Under the pieces are notes generated by a model. It was not told the origin of the DNA and ran no database searches. It was given only the letters and a program-made list of their open reading frames with translations. A DNA stretch of 64,000 nt from Candidatus Aminicenantes bacterium. Lineage in GTDB: Bacteria > Acidobacteriota > Aminicenantia > Aminicenantales > Aminicenantaceae. The stretch lies in contig JAFGMO010000012.1 in assembly GCA_016927475.1 (NCBI GenBank), positions 21,287-85,286 on the forward strand, written 5' to 3'. A program made the position numbers and the translations under genes. Position 1 is the first letter of the stretch. Each line of letters begins with the position of its first letter. Positions 55,760-64,000 of the stretch are shown here, piece after piece.

Positions 55760-57505
55760 TCAGTCCGATTCACCTGACAGATTGATTTTTGGCAGGGGAG
55801 AGTCGAACTTGCCATTTCCGTCTACATCTACAAAGATAGGATTGGTTAAGGCGTAGGGGAGAGGGCCGCGTTCGTAACCTTCGTTTCTTAATCTTTTTTG
55901 TACTACAGGATATAAAGTTTTGTTGCCGAGGGCCTCAATAGCGACATAAGAATCAGTTTTGAGATTCAGACTGATTCTGTTTTGAAATTTTAAGATTTGT
56001 TCCCTCGGAACTTTTATGGGGAATATAATTTTTCTTTCCCCGTTGATGATAATCCTCACTTCATCCACCGAGATCCAAGGAGCACTCTGGATTTTGATCC
56101 CTACATCGGTTTCCGGATCGAGTTGATAATAAGTAAAATAACCATACCCCCTCCGTCTCGGGTGATTGACCTGGATCAGGGCCCCGGGATCCCTTCTACG
56201 GCTTTCGGCAATAATGGGCGTGTTATCTTCAAAGAATCGGATGTCGATGGCGCCGTTACCCGGCTCGCTTTCTCTCACCTTTAGAGGAAACCGGTTGAAC
56301 TCCGGCATGTATACCTGATTGACATCGAGGGGGGTGACTTCCTGTCCGATGAGGACTGCTATGAATTCACCCAGGCCGATTTTTTTGAGCTCAGACGGAT
56401 AGTCGCTGATGTAATTGTGATCCGCAGAAATGGCCACATCAACTCCTTCGGCGACGGCAGATTTTATCCTTTCAGCGATCGTCATTGAACCGTCTGAATT
56501 CAGCGTATGCATGTGGGGATCGACCGAAATCAGGTTCGTCGTTTCGATGATTTTATCGATCCGGAAAACGACTTCCTGCAGGCTGTCTTTCAGGATTTCT
56601 ACGACTCTTTGATCCAGAGTATATTCAGGCCCCCTTGATGCAGAGATCATATAAGTTCCGACAGGAAGATCGACCTCAAGGCCTTCTTCTTGCGGATAGC
56701 AGGAATTCTTGAAATATTCATGAGCATTATTTGTCTCTAAAGGGTTTTCGGGTCTGAAGTAGGGAGTCCTTGTAGGATCGAGGCCGAAAAATGTCGTTTT
56801 CCCGGGGACGAAGGCTCCGGTTTTGTTTCTGATGGAAATCTTGACCTTTCCTTTGGGCGGGTCTTGGAGGAGAGTCGTGTCGATATTTACTTTCGCTGTC
56901 CTCACGCCGAGTATCTGATAAATTTTTTTTAGGAGGTTTTCGGCCTCAACATCGACAAGAAGAACGTATCGGGCTTCAAAACTTTTTCCAGGATCGAGAT
57001 TCATGGAAATGGATTCCCGGGAAATAGGTTGAGATGAAGATCGGATGGGATTCAGGTCTATCCATCCTAAATAATGTCCTTTCTTTGGGTAAACCCAGAA
57101 AGGAAGCCGGTCAGCGTAATCAAAAGGGCTGAAGGAATAGACTTGACCCGAATTGTTTTTTAGGGAATAGTGAAAATCTTCCAGCCTCACACTTCCCGTA
57201 TTTTTTACCGTGGACGTGATATCAATATTTCCTGACTCGGGATTCAGTTGATACAGTGTTGTCACTTCGGCTTTTTCCCATTTATCCCCTTTGTAATGCG
57301 CAACAGCAAGAAATTGAAGGGATCCGCCTTGGGCTTTCTGAAGAATGGTGCTGAAGGAAGAATAACCCAGGTATTGGCTTTTGTTTTTAATTCTGATATA
57401 TGGTGAGCCGACGACCAGATCACTCTTGAAGTCTTTCCCTTTAGGCACATAGCCCAGGACAGATCCCAGGGTGTGTTCAATAGGGTATTGATAATAGGAC
57501 TTCAA
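55760..57505 (-). CDS. PHP-domain metallohydrolase (CehA/McbA family); the true 5' end probably extends to 57713 but is interrupted
   Basis: PHP motif VDPHMHTLNSDGS. The reading frame stays open upstream of the TTG track start through a signal-peptide-like segment (KKNLFGILILCVPILLQGAEF). ATG at 57713 is in frame but is followed by TAA at codon 4, inside a 10-nt homopolymer (57694-57703). Confidence 0.6.
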   Translation of the reverse strand: MKSYYQYPIEHTLGSVLGYVPKGKDFKSDLVVGSPYIRIKNKSQYLGYSSFSTILQKAQGGSLQFLAVAHYKGDKWEKAEVTTLYQLNPESGNIDITSTVKNTGSVRLEDFHYSLKNNSGQVYSFSPFDYADRLPFWVYPKKGHYLGWIDLNPIRSSSQPISRESISMNLDPGKSFEARYVLLVDVEAENLLKKIYQILGVRTAKVNIDTTLLQDPPKGKVKISIRNKTGAFVPGKTTFFGLDPTRTPYFRPENPLETNNAHEYFKNSCYPQEEGLEVDLPVGTYMISASRGPEYTLDQRVVEILKDSLQEVVFRIDKIIETTNLISVDPHMHTLNSDGSMTIAERIKSAVAEGVDVAISADHNYISDYPSELKKIGLGEFIAVLIGQEVTPLDVNQVYMPEFNRFPLKVRESEPGNGAIDIRFFEDNTPIIAESRRRDPGALIQVNHPRRRGYGYFTYYQLDPETDVGIKIQSAPWISVDEVRIIINGERKIIFPIKVPREQILKFQNRISLNLKTDSYVAIEALGNKTLYPVVQKRLRNEGYERGPLPYALTNPIFVDVDGNGKFDSPLPKINLSGESD

Positions 57506-57906
57506 AACTCTGTCTGTCCCTCCGAAGAGAACCAGATCCTTGCCGTCTGAGACGAGGATATCCCCTACTTTCCATAAGGTGTTGAACGGCTCCGGCAGAT
57601 CCGCCGCACTCTTGATTACCCTTACTTTAAATTCTGCCCCTTGGAGAAGAATAGGAACGCAAAGGATTAGAATTCCGAACAGATTTTTTTTTTATCCTTT
57701 CATTATTGACCTCAAAAAAAGCGAAAATTACTTCAATCATTTGGAGTCCCGTAAGTTGAATCACTCCCATTCACCCGAGGAGAATATCAAACTTGAAGAT
57801 GTGATCGTGTCCAAGAATTTGCAGAATCCGCCCCTTTTTTCTTCACATGATCGCTCCGCCAAAATAACAACGCTTAAAATTCCTGATCAGGAGGATTTTT
57901 ATACTT

Positions 57907-58869
57907 CTAGCTTTTATTCTCACCTATTAAGGCATGGTAAACAGCCTTTGCTATCTGGATGTCCTGAACGGCAACACCTGTCAGATCTGCGATGGTTGTT
58001 TGTTCCTCAGATATTCTCTGAAGATCCGGATTGACAATCACATTTCCCAATTCAACGATCCGTTCTTTTTCCAGGACACCAGCTTTCAGCGCTTGATGAA
58101 TCTCGCCCCGCAAGAGACACTGGCTGATGCTGTCGGCGACAATGATATCTGCTTTTTGAAGAATTCGCGGGTCCAACTCATTCTTTTCCGGAGTATCAGA
58201 TCCCATTGCTGTAATATGTGTTCCTTGACGGATCATGTCGGCAGACAACAGGGGAGATTTTGAGGGAGTAGCCGTGACGATTAGTTTGCAGTGAGCCGCA
58301 ATATCTTCAGCCTTCAAGGTTGTCCGGACATTGTAACCCACGAGTTCCATATCTTCCCTGTAGACATCCAGCTCTTTCTGATTCATTCCCCACACCATAA
58401 CTTCCTTGCAGTCTATGACAGAATCTAAAAACTCAAGCTGCATGCGTCCTTGCGTTCCTGCCCCTACAATACCTATGCAATCGACGTGTTTCGGAGCCAG
58501 GTATTTGGCAACGACAGCTCCAGCGGCCGCAGTTCTCACATTGGTGAGATAGCACTCATCCAACAGAGTGCAAGCCAGCTCTCCCGTCCCCTTTTTGAAA
58601 AGTAAAATGAGTCCGTCACTCGTATAGCGGCTCGATTGAGGACTCTCAAAAAATCCGGATGCAATTTTGATGGCATAATAATCGTCATCCATAATATAGC
58701 CGTACTTGATGTGGACATCACCGGGAGGCTTTTTGAAGAGCATTTCTCCTACGGGAGGAATCTCAGCTTTGCCTTCGGAATAGGCAATAAATCCTTCTTC
58801 GATCTCCTGGACTGGTTGAATATTTTTTAGGACACTTTTGATCTGAGTAAGATTATAAAACTGAGTCAT
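57907..58869 (-). CDS. ornithine cyclodeaminase/mu-crystallin family NAD-dependent enzyme
   Basis: OCD/mu-crystallin length and Rossmann motif GIVGAGTQG, plus conserved N-terminal substrate-binding region. Confidence 0.8.
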   Translation of the reverse strand: MTQFYNLTQIKSVLKNIQPVQEIEEGFIAYSEGKAEIPPVGEMLFKKPPGDVHIKYGYIMDDDYYAIKIASGFFESPQSSRYTSDGLILLFKKGTGELACTLLDECYLTNVRTAAAGAVVAKYLAPKHVDCIGIVGAGTQGRMQLEFLDSVIDCKEVMVWGMNQKELDVYREDMELVGYNVRTTLKAEDIAAHCKLIVTATPSKSPLLSADMIRQGTHITAMGSDTPEKNELDPRILQKADIIVADSISQCLLRGEIHQALKAGVLEKERIVELGNVIVNPDLQRISEEQTTIADLTGVAVQDIQIAKAVYHALIGENKS

Positions 58870-59010
58870 TTTTAGTTTATTTCCTGGTCTTGTTCATTAT
58901 AAAATCAAAATCAGGTGTTTGCAAATTGAGATGTTTCTCTTTTCGATCGTTAATTTGAAACCTAAAGACTCCTCTTAAATAACAATGTGCGTCATGTGGG
59001 GTAACCGCAT

Positions 59011-59753
59011 ATGAGCAACCGAAAAACAAAAGATTCCCCGCAACTCTTGCGGAAAATGAACCTTCTGGATTCGACTTTTTTGGTTATTGGGGCCATCGTT
59101 GGTTCGGGAATTTTTATGACGACCGGTTTTATCGCCGAGTATCTCCCATCACCTCTCATGATCCTGATTGTGTGGCTGCTGGGCGGTTTTTCTGGGTCAT
59201 TGAGTGCGGAGGAGTTGCTGCTCTTGCCGTCGGGTTTGCGGAATACGTTGGATGCTTTGTCCCGGTCCTATCGACTAAGACCTACTTTTTGAAATTAAGT
59301 CTTCTAGGCTTTGATTATTCCTTATCTTTTGGTCAGCTGGTCGCGGTTGCCTCCATATTATTTCTATCCGCCATAAATTATATTGGCATCAAGAGCGGCA
59401 TCGTTGTTCAGAATTTCTTTACATTTTTACGGATTGCAGCTGTGGTTGTTTTGATTGTTCTAGATCTGACGGTAGGATCAAAGGCAGGTGTAGTTTCTTT
59501 TGAGGGATTTTTGACAGGCGACAAATCCATCAGTATCAAACTTTTCGGACTGGCATTTATAGCCGTTCTCTGGACTTATGATGGCTGGTATGGAATAAAC
59601 TGCGCCGCCGAAGAGATAAAAAATCCGGGTAAAAACATTCCCCGGGGTTTGATCCTGGGAACTCTGAGTGTGATGCTAATCTATTTTCTGGTGAATATTG
59701 TCTATGTGTCCGCCCTGCCAGTCGAACGGATGAAAGGAGTCATGGGAGTTTGA
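59011..59753 (+). pseudogene. APC-family amino-acid permease pseudogene (frameshift near 59180-59290 and C-terminal truncation)
   Basis: Frame 1 gives LLDSTFLVIGAIVGSGIFMTTG...WLLGGFSGSLSAEEL. It continues in frame 2 (59172-59753: ...AINYIGIKSG...WTYDGWYGINCAAEEIKNPGKNIPRGLILGT...) and ends after about 6 TM helices. Confidence 0.6.
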
Positions 59754-60000
59754 GTCTTTCTCATTCTTTTTGAACGGTATCCTTTTTCCACCACCAATTG
59801 AGTTGCTCACTCGCCATTCACCTTTGGGTATGTGTTCAGGTGCTCATTGACGTGATGAAACGACCTTTATTTTCGAGGATTCATCATCTCCTAGTGAATT
59901 ATTAAGACCTTTTCTATAAACAATCCAGATCGCTCAAGCGTCATGAGTCCTAAATGTCTCATGGCATAAAAGGAGACCGCATATTTTATGAGGAGCTGAT

Positions 60001-62376
60001 ATGCTGATTCATGATGTTCGAATGACTTTTCGTCAATTCAAGAAATATCCGGGGTATTCTTTCCTTAATATTTTCGGTTTGGCCGTCGGAATGGCCTGTT
60101 TTTTCCTCATATTCCTCTGGGTAAAGAATGAGCTCGACTATGACCGCTTTTTTGACCATGCCGAGCGGATCTACCGGGTGACCTCGGATGTCAGCCTGAG
60201 ATCGGGCCAAAAAAAATTCTACGCCTATTCCACTCCCGCTTTGGCTGAAGCGTTAAAAAAAGAATATCCTGAAGTTATGGCCGCGGCGCGCTTTCGGCCT
60301 GCCGGGAGGGTGCTTCTTCAGAAAGATGATCAGAGCTTTTTTGAATCCGGGTTTATATTCGCCGACTCCGGATTCCTGGAAGTTTTTTCCGCTCCGCTCC
60401 TTCAAGGAAACCGGGAGGAGGTATTGAAGGAACCGCATTCGCTGCTGCTTTCCCAGGAAACGGCTCAAAAATATTTTGGGGATGAAAACCCGGTGGGAAA
60501 AACTTTGCTGGTAGATCATGAACATGAATACAGGGTGACCGGAGTTTTGGGAACTCTCCCGGCCAATACTCATTTCCGGCTGGATTTTCTCGCTTATCCC
60601 GGAGAGGACGACTTGTTCCATCCACCTAACTGGATGTCGCTATCGGTGTTTGTTTATGTCCTTCTCGACCAAAATGTTCCTGTTTTGGAGTTTGAAGCTA
60701 AAATCCAGGATCTAGCGGTAAAATATATCGGTCCAAGAGGAAAAGAGATCTTTACCTACAGGCTCCAGTCCTTGACTTCCATCCATCTTCACTCCGACCT
60801 TGAGGGGGAGTTTGCCCCGGTTATGAACGTTTTGCAGGTTTATCTTTTTATGGCTGTCGCAGTTTTGATTTTATGTGTCGCCTGTATCAATTTTGTCAAT
60901 CTTTCCACGGCCAGGGCCGGAAAAAGATCCCGTGAAGTCGGAGTACGCAAAGTTTTAGGCGCGCACCGGCTCCTGTTGGGACGGCAATTTTTCAGCGAGT
61001 CGATGTTTTCCGCTTTGGCGGCCTTTATTCTAAGTCTCGGTTTGGTGCATCTTTTGCTGCCCTTGTTCAACTCGCTCAGCGAGGGGCGGCTTAAAATGGT
61101 TTATGGTGAATATTTTGTTCTATGTGCCGGCATCGTTCTTCTGGTCGGAATATTGTCCGGCAGCTACCCGGCGGTTTTGCTTTCTTCCTTTAAGCCTTCT
61201 TCCGCGCTGAGGGAAGAAGCGCATAAAGGAAAGTCCGGGCTGCTTGTCCGCAGGGCTTTGATTGTTTTTCAATTTGCGGTGACCGTGTTTCTGCTTTTTT
61301 CCACAGGAGTCGTTTATAAACAAATGAAGTTCATGCGCAGCCGGAACCTCGGCTTCGACCAGGAACACATTGTTTCCGTCCGTATGAGAGGTGAAAATGT
61401 AGTGGGGGATTATGAAACGGTTAAAAATGAACTGCTGCGCCATCCCGATATTTTAAAAGCCTCGGCAGCGTGGTCTGTTCCGGGATTTTCCATTGCCCAG
61501 AGGGCATATGTGCCTGAAGGTTTTGAGGATAGAGCCATGATGGTTTTGACCCTCTATGTCGATCATGATTTTGTTTCGACCCTGGGATTGTCTTTAAAGG
61601 AAGGGCGTGACTTTTCCCGTAATATCGCCTCCGACACCCTGACGGCTTATATCATCAATGAAGCCGCTCAGAAAAAGTTTGGCTGGCAGGAACCGATCGG
61701 TAAAAAATTAACCTGCCGTGGTCGTGATGAAGATGAAAAAACAGCCTTCGGAAAGGTTATAGGTGTGGTTAAAGATTTCCATTTTCGTTCCCTGCACCAG
61801 TCGATCGAGCCGGTATTGCTGCGGATCAGGCCTGACCGTTTTTTGCTTATGAATATGAAACTGAGAGGCGAAAATGTATCACGGACAATGCGATTTATCG
61901 AAGAGACTTTTTCCCGCCTGCAGCCGGAATATCCCTTTGAATACTGGTTTCTGGATGAGCGCCTCGATAATCTTTACCGGAATGAAGAACGGCTGGCCGG
62001 CATCTTCTCCGCTTTTTCCTTGATTGCCGTTTTTATAGCCTGTCTGGGATTATTCGGTTTGGCCGCTTATCTTGCCGAACAAAAGACCAAAGAAATAGGC
62101 ATTCGAAAAGTCTTAGGAGCGGGAACCGGCGGTCTGGTCTGGCTGATCAGCCGGGATTTTGTCAAATGGGTCGGAATTTCCAGTTTGTTCGCCTGGCCTT
62201 TCGCCTTCATGGCTATGCGAAAATGGCTCCAGCATTTTTCTTACCGAACGGAAATAGGGATTTTGGTCGCGGCCTTATCCGGATTAACGGCCGTGCTGAT
62301 CGCTTTTTTCACCGTGAGCTTTCAGGCAGTCAAAGCGGCCAGGACGAATGTGGTTAGGTCAATTCGCCGTGAATAA
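60001..62376 (+). CDS. two-domain FtsX/MacB-like ABC transporter permease (no prefix domain, no PadR partner)
   Basis: Starts directly at TM1 (YSFLNIFGLAVGMACFFLIFLWV), with duplicated FtsX domains. Confidence 0.85.
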   Translation: MLIHDVRMTFRQFKKYPGYSFLNIFGLAVGMACFFLIFLWVKNELDYDRFFDHAERIYRVTSDVSLRSGQKKFYAYSTPALAEALKKEYPEVMAAARFRPAGRVLLQKDDQSFFESGFIFADSGFLEVFSAPLLQGNREEVLKEPHSLLLSQETAQKYFGDENPVGKTLLVDHEHEYRVTGVLGTLPANTHFRLDFLAYPGEDDLFHPPNWMSLSVFVYVLLDQNVPVLEFEAKIQDLAVKYIGPRGKEIFTYRLQSLTSIHLHSDLEGEFAPVMNVLQVYLFMAVAVLILCVACINFVNLSTARAGKRSREVGVRKVLGAHRLLLGRQFFSESMFSALAAFILSLGLVHLLLPLFNSLSEGRLKMVYGEYFVLCAGIVLLVGILSGSYPAVLLSSFKPSSALREEAHKGKSGLLVRRALIVFQFAVTVFLLFSTGVVYKQMKFMRSRNLGFDQEHIVSVRMRGENVVGDYETVKNELLRHPDILKASAAWSVPGFSIAQRAYVPEGFEDRAMMVLTLYVDHDFVSTLGLSLKEGRDFSRNIASDTLTAYIINEAAQKKFGWQEPIGKKLTCRGRDEDEKTAFGKVIGVVKDFHFRSLHQSIEPVLLRIRPDRFLLMNMKLRGENVSRTMRFIEETFSRLQPEYPFEYWFLDERLDNLYRNEERLAGIFSAFSLIAVFIACLGLFGLAAYLAEQKTKEIGIRKVLGAGTGGLVWLISRDFVKWVGISSLFAWPFAFMAMRKWLQHFSYRTEIGILVAALSGLTAVLIAFFTVSFQAVKAARTNVVRSIRRE

Positions 62377-62446
62377 CACCAGTCATCACCTGGTCCATCC
62401 GGGGTGATTCAGGTAGATTAAATAAATAGTCTTGATCTTATAGCTT

Positions 62447-63529
62447 TTATTTGATAGCACAGCTTGTGCCGCAGGTTCTGTTTATTTTTTTTCCGTAGGT
62501 TTTTTCGATGTACTGCTGGTGGTATTCTTCGGCACGGTAAAAGGCCGAAGCGGCGACGACCTGGGTGACGACGGGTTTTTTGGTACGGCCGGATTTTTCA
62601 AGCTCGGCGATTTTCTTTTCCGCGGCCTGTTTTTGCTCTTCGTTATGGTAAAAAATGGCGGAGCGGTACTGGTCGCCCACATCCGGTCCCTGCCGGTTGA
62701 GCTGGGTGGGGTCGTGGAGGTTGAAAAAAACATCCAGAAGCTCTTCATAGCTGATTTGTGAAGCATCATAATTGAGCCGGATCGCCTCGGCATGTCCCGT
62801 GTTTTTTGTGCATACCTGCCTGTAGGTCGGGTTTTTTGTTTTTCCGCCGGTATATCCCACTTCCGTGGCCAGCACGCCTTCGACTTGGCGCAGCTTGTGT
62901 TCGACGCCCCAAAAACAGCCCGCGGCGAAAACGGCCGTTTTGACGTCCGGTTTTTTATTCTCAGCTTGAATCTTTTTGTTTTGCGAAGTGATGACTTCCT
63001 TTTCATCGTTTTCGAACGGTTTGAAATCGAGGCTGACCGAGTTGATGCAGTAATGTTTGAATGTCGGGGCGGGGCCGTCGTCAAAAACATGTCCCAAATG
63101 GCCTCCGCAGACGGCACAGCGGACTTCGATCCGTTTCATGCCCAGCTTATAATCATCAGAATATTCGAGATATTCTTCCTTTACGGGGGCCGTAAAGCTT
63201 GGCCATCCTGTGCCGTGGTCGTATTTTGTTTCGGAGCTGAAGAGGGAGGTGCCGCAGCCGGCGCATTGATAAACTCCTTCTTCATAGTGGTCATTGTATT
63301 TACCGGTAAAAGCCCTCTCCGTTCCGCTCTTACGCAGCACCCGGTATTGTTCGGGGGTAAGGATTTTTTTCCATTCTTTATCCGTTTTGTTCACTTTTTG
63401 AACCATGGATTTCTCTCCTTTCTGTTCGTTCTCTAAGTTCAGCAGGGAAAGTTTGGAGGTGGCGTTAAGAACAATATATCCCGTAACCAAAAAAACCACA
63501 ATTATTATCAAAAGAGGCAAATTCCTCAT
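62447..63529 (-). CDS. msrBA: membrane-anchored bifunctional methionine sulfoxide reductase MsrB-MsrA
   Basis: N-terminal signal anchor, an MsrB domain (CxxC pairs [20 protein letters not shown]...RYCINS) and then an MsrA domain (GCFWG motif [13 protein letters not shown]). RBS AGGAGA. Confidence 0.85.
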   Translation of the reverse strand: MRNLPLLIIIVVFLVTGYIVLNATSKLSLLNLENEQKGEKSMVQKVNKTDKEWKKILTPEQYRVLRKSGTERAFTGKYNDHYEEGVYQCAGCGTSLFSSETKYDHGTGWPSFTAPVKEEYLEYSDDYKLGMKRIEVRCAVCGGHLGHVFDDGPAPTFKHYCINSVSLDFKPFENDEKEVITSQNKKIQAENKKPDVKTAVFAAGCFWGVEHKLRQVEGVLATEVGYTGGKTKNPTYRQVCTKNTGHAEAIRLNYDASQISYEELLDVFFNLHDPTQLNRQGPDVGDQYRSAIFYHNEEQKQAAEKKIAELEKSGRTKKPVVTQVVAASAFYRAEEYHQQYIEKTYGKKINRTCGTSCAIK

Positions 63530-63749
63530 AGCTTCTCCTTTAATTTATAATTCCTATATATATTATAGTGATTATAACCGGAAAAGTAAAGCTTGTGTTA
63601 CAAAATGGTACACTTTCTGTTTCAAAATGAACAGTTCCTTCACAAAAGGCGGCACCACTTTTTTATAACATCTGGAATAATATTGGCATACAATTTGCTG
63701 TTGTAATATGTATATTCTTATTCATATATGGATTTATGAGGAAAAAGCT

Positions 63750-64000
63750 ATGCTGAAAAATGTTCTTCTTCTGTTTTTTCGAAACATCAAAAAACACAAG
63801 GGATATTCCTTTATCAACATCTTCGGTTTTGCGGTTGGTATCGCCTGCTGTATGTTTTTGGTTCTTTATATCAAATCCGAGCTCAGTTTTGACCGCTATC
63901 ATGAAAACGCCGACCGTATCTTTCGAATGGGCGTTAGAGGAGGATCGGGTGATACACAGTTTGAGTGGGGAGAGTCCAACGCCGTAATCGCCCGGGTGCT
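63750..64000 (+). CDS. FtsX/MacB-like ABC transporter permease, 5' partial (runs off the window)
   Basis: MLKNVLLLFFRNIKKHKGYSFINIFGFAVGIACCMFLVLYIKSELSFDRYHENADRIFRM matches the N-terminus of the 60001 paralog. RBS GAGGA upstream of ATG 63750. Confidence 0.7.
   Translation, partial: MLKNVLLLFFRNIKKHKGYSFINIFGFAVGIACCMFLVLYIKSELSFDRYHENADRIFRMGVRGGSGDTQFEWGESNAVIARV

Noticed and set aside
1-64000. tRNA/rRNA/tmRNA genes
   Set aside because: No cloverleaf-compatible segment with conserved TPsiC (GTTCRANYC) and D-loop elements, and no rRNA-like conserved block, was recognised in any intergenic region by eye. A tRNAscan or Infernal run would be definitive.

Overview
This 64-kb window is bacterial chromosome with mixed composition (about 45% GC by eye). 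The gene content (many PadR–FtsX/MacB-type permease pairs, secreted sortilin/BNR, DUF2961 and DUF5916 proteins) suggests an Acidobacteria-like lineage, but that is inference only. Contents, in order:

- Ordinary genes at the left: an amino-acid permease fused to tandem UspA domains, a secreted BNR/sortilin-like beta-propeller protein, a MATE efflux pump, a DUF2961/GH172-like protein, a sensor diguanylate cyclase with a periplasmic propeller, a CocE/NonD hydrolase and a serine hydrolase.
- A paralogous expansion of two-domain FtsX/MacB-like ABC permeases: five copies, one cut by the window end. Three sit in PadR–permease operons with overlapping stop/start codons, and a PrsW-like intramembrane protease lies between two of them.
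- A glycoconjugate cluster of mosaic composition (low-GC blocks at 29.1–32.9 kb and 36.2–40.3 kb). It encodes a GT4 fused to an (alpha/alpha)6-barrel-like domain, a GH130-like protein, a GH100-like protein, a second GT4, a PIG-L/LmbE deacetylase and a GT-C membrane transferase.
- A family of roughly 210–250-bp MITE-like elements with CCTGCATTATTCA terminal inverted repeats, at the 3' ends of at least six genes.
- The main finding, at 44.1–55.6 kb: a degenerate integron that has not been described in this form.
  - An intI pseudogene (N- and C-terminal IntI-like segments, central region deleted) is flanked by two inverted copies of a 140-bp sequence. Each copy ends exactly at a GTTA core, which is where an attI crossover site would sit.
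  - Cassette arrays run outward on both sides. Each cassette ends in an attC-like imperfect palindrome with an extrahelical base and a GTTAKRY R' box.
  - The cassettes carry a 285-aa hypothetical protein, a TPR lipoprotein, a zinc-ribbon–DUF4145 protein, a 2158-aa STAND/NACHT-like P-loop NTPase that is a candidate new defence protein, a secreted hypothetical protein and a Phd/ParE toxin–antitoxin pair.
- The remainder holds a PHP-domain hydrolase with an in-frame stop inside a 10-nt homopolymer, an ornithine cyclodeaminase, a frameshifted APC permease pseudogene, further permeases and a membrane-anchored MsrB–MsrA fusion.

I did not recognise any rRNA, tRNA or CRISPR array.
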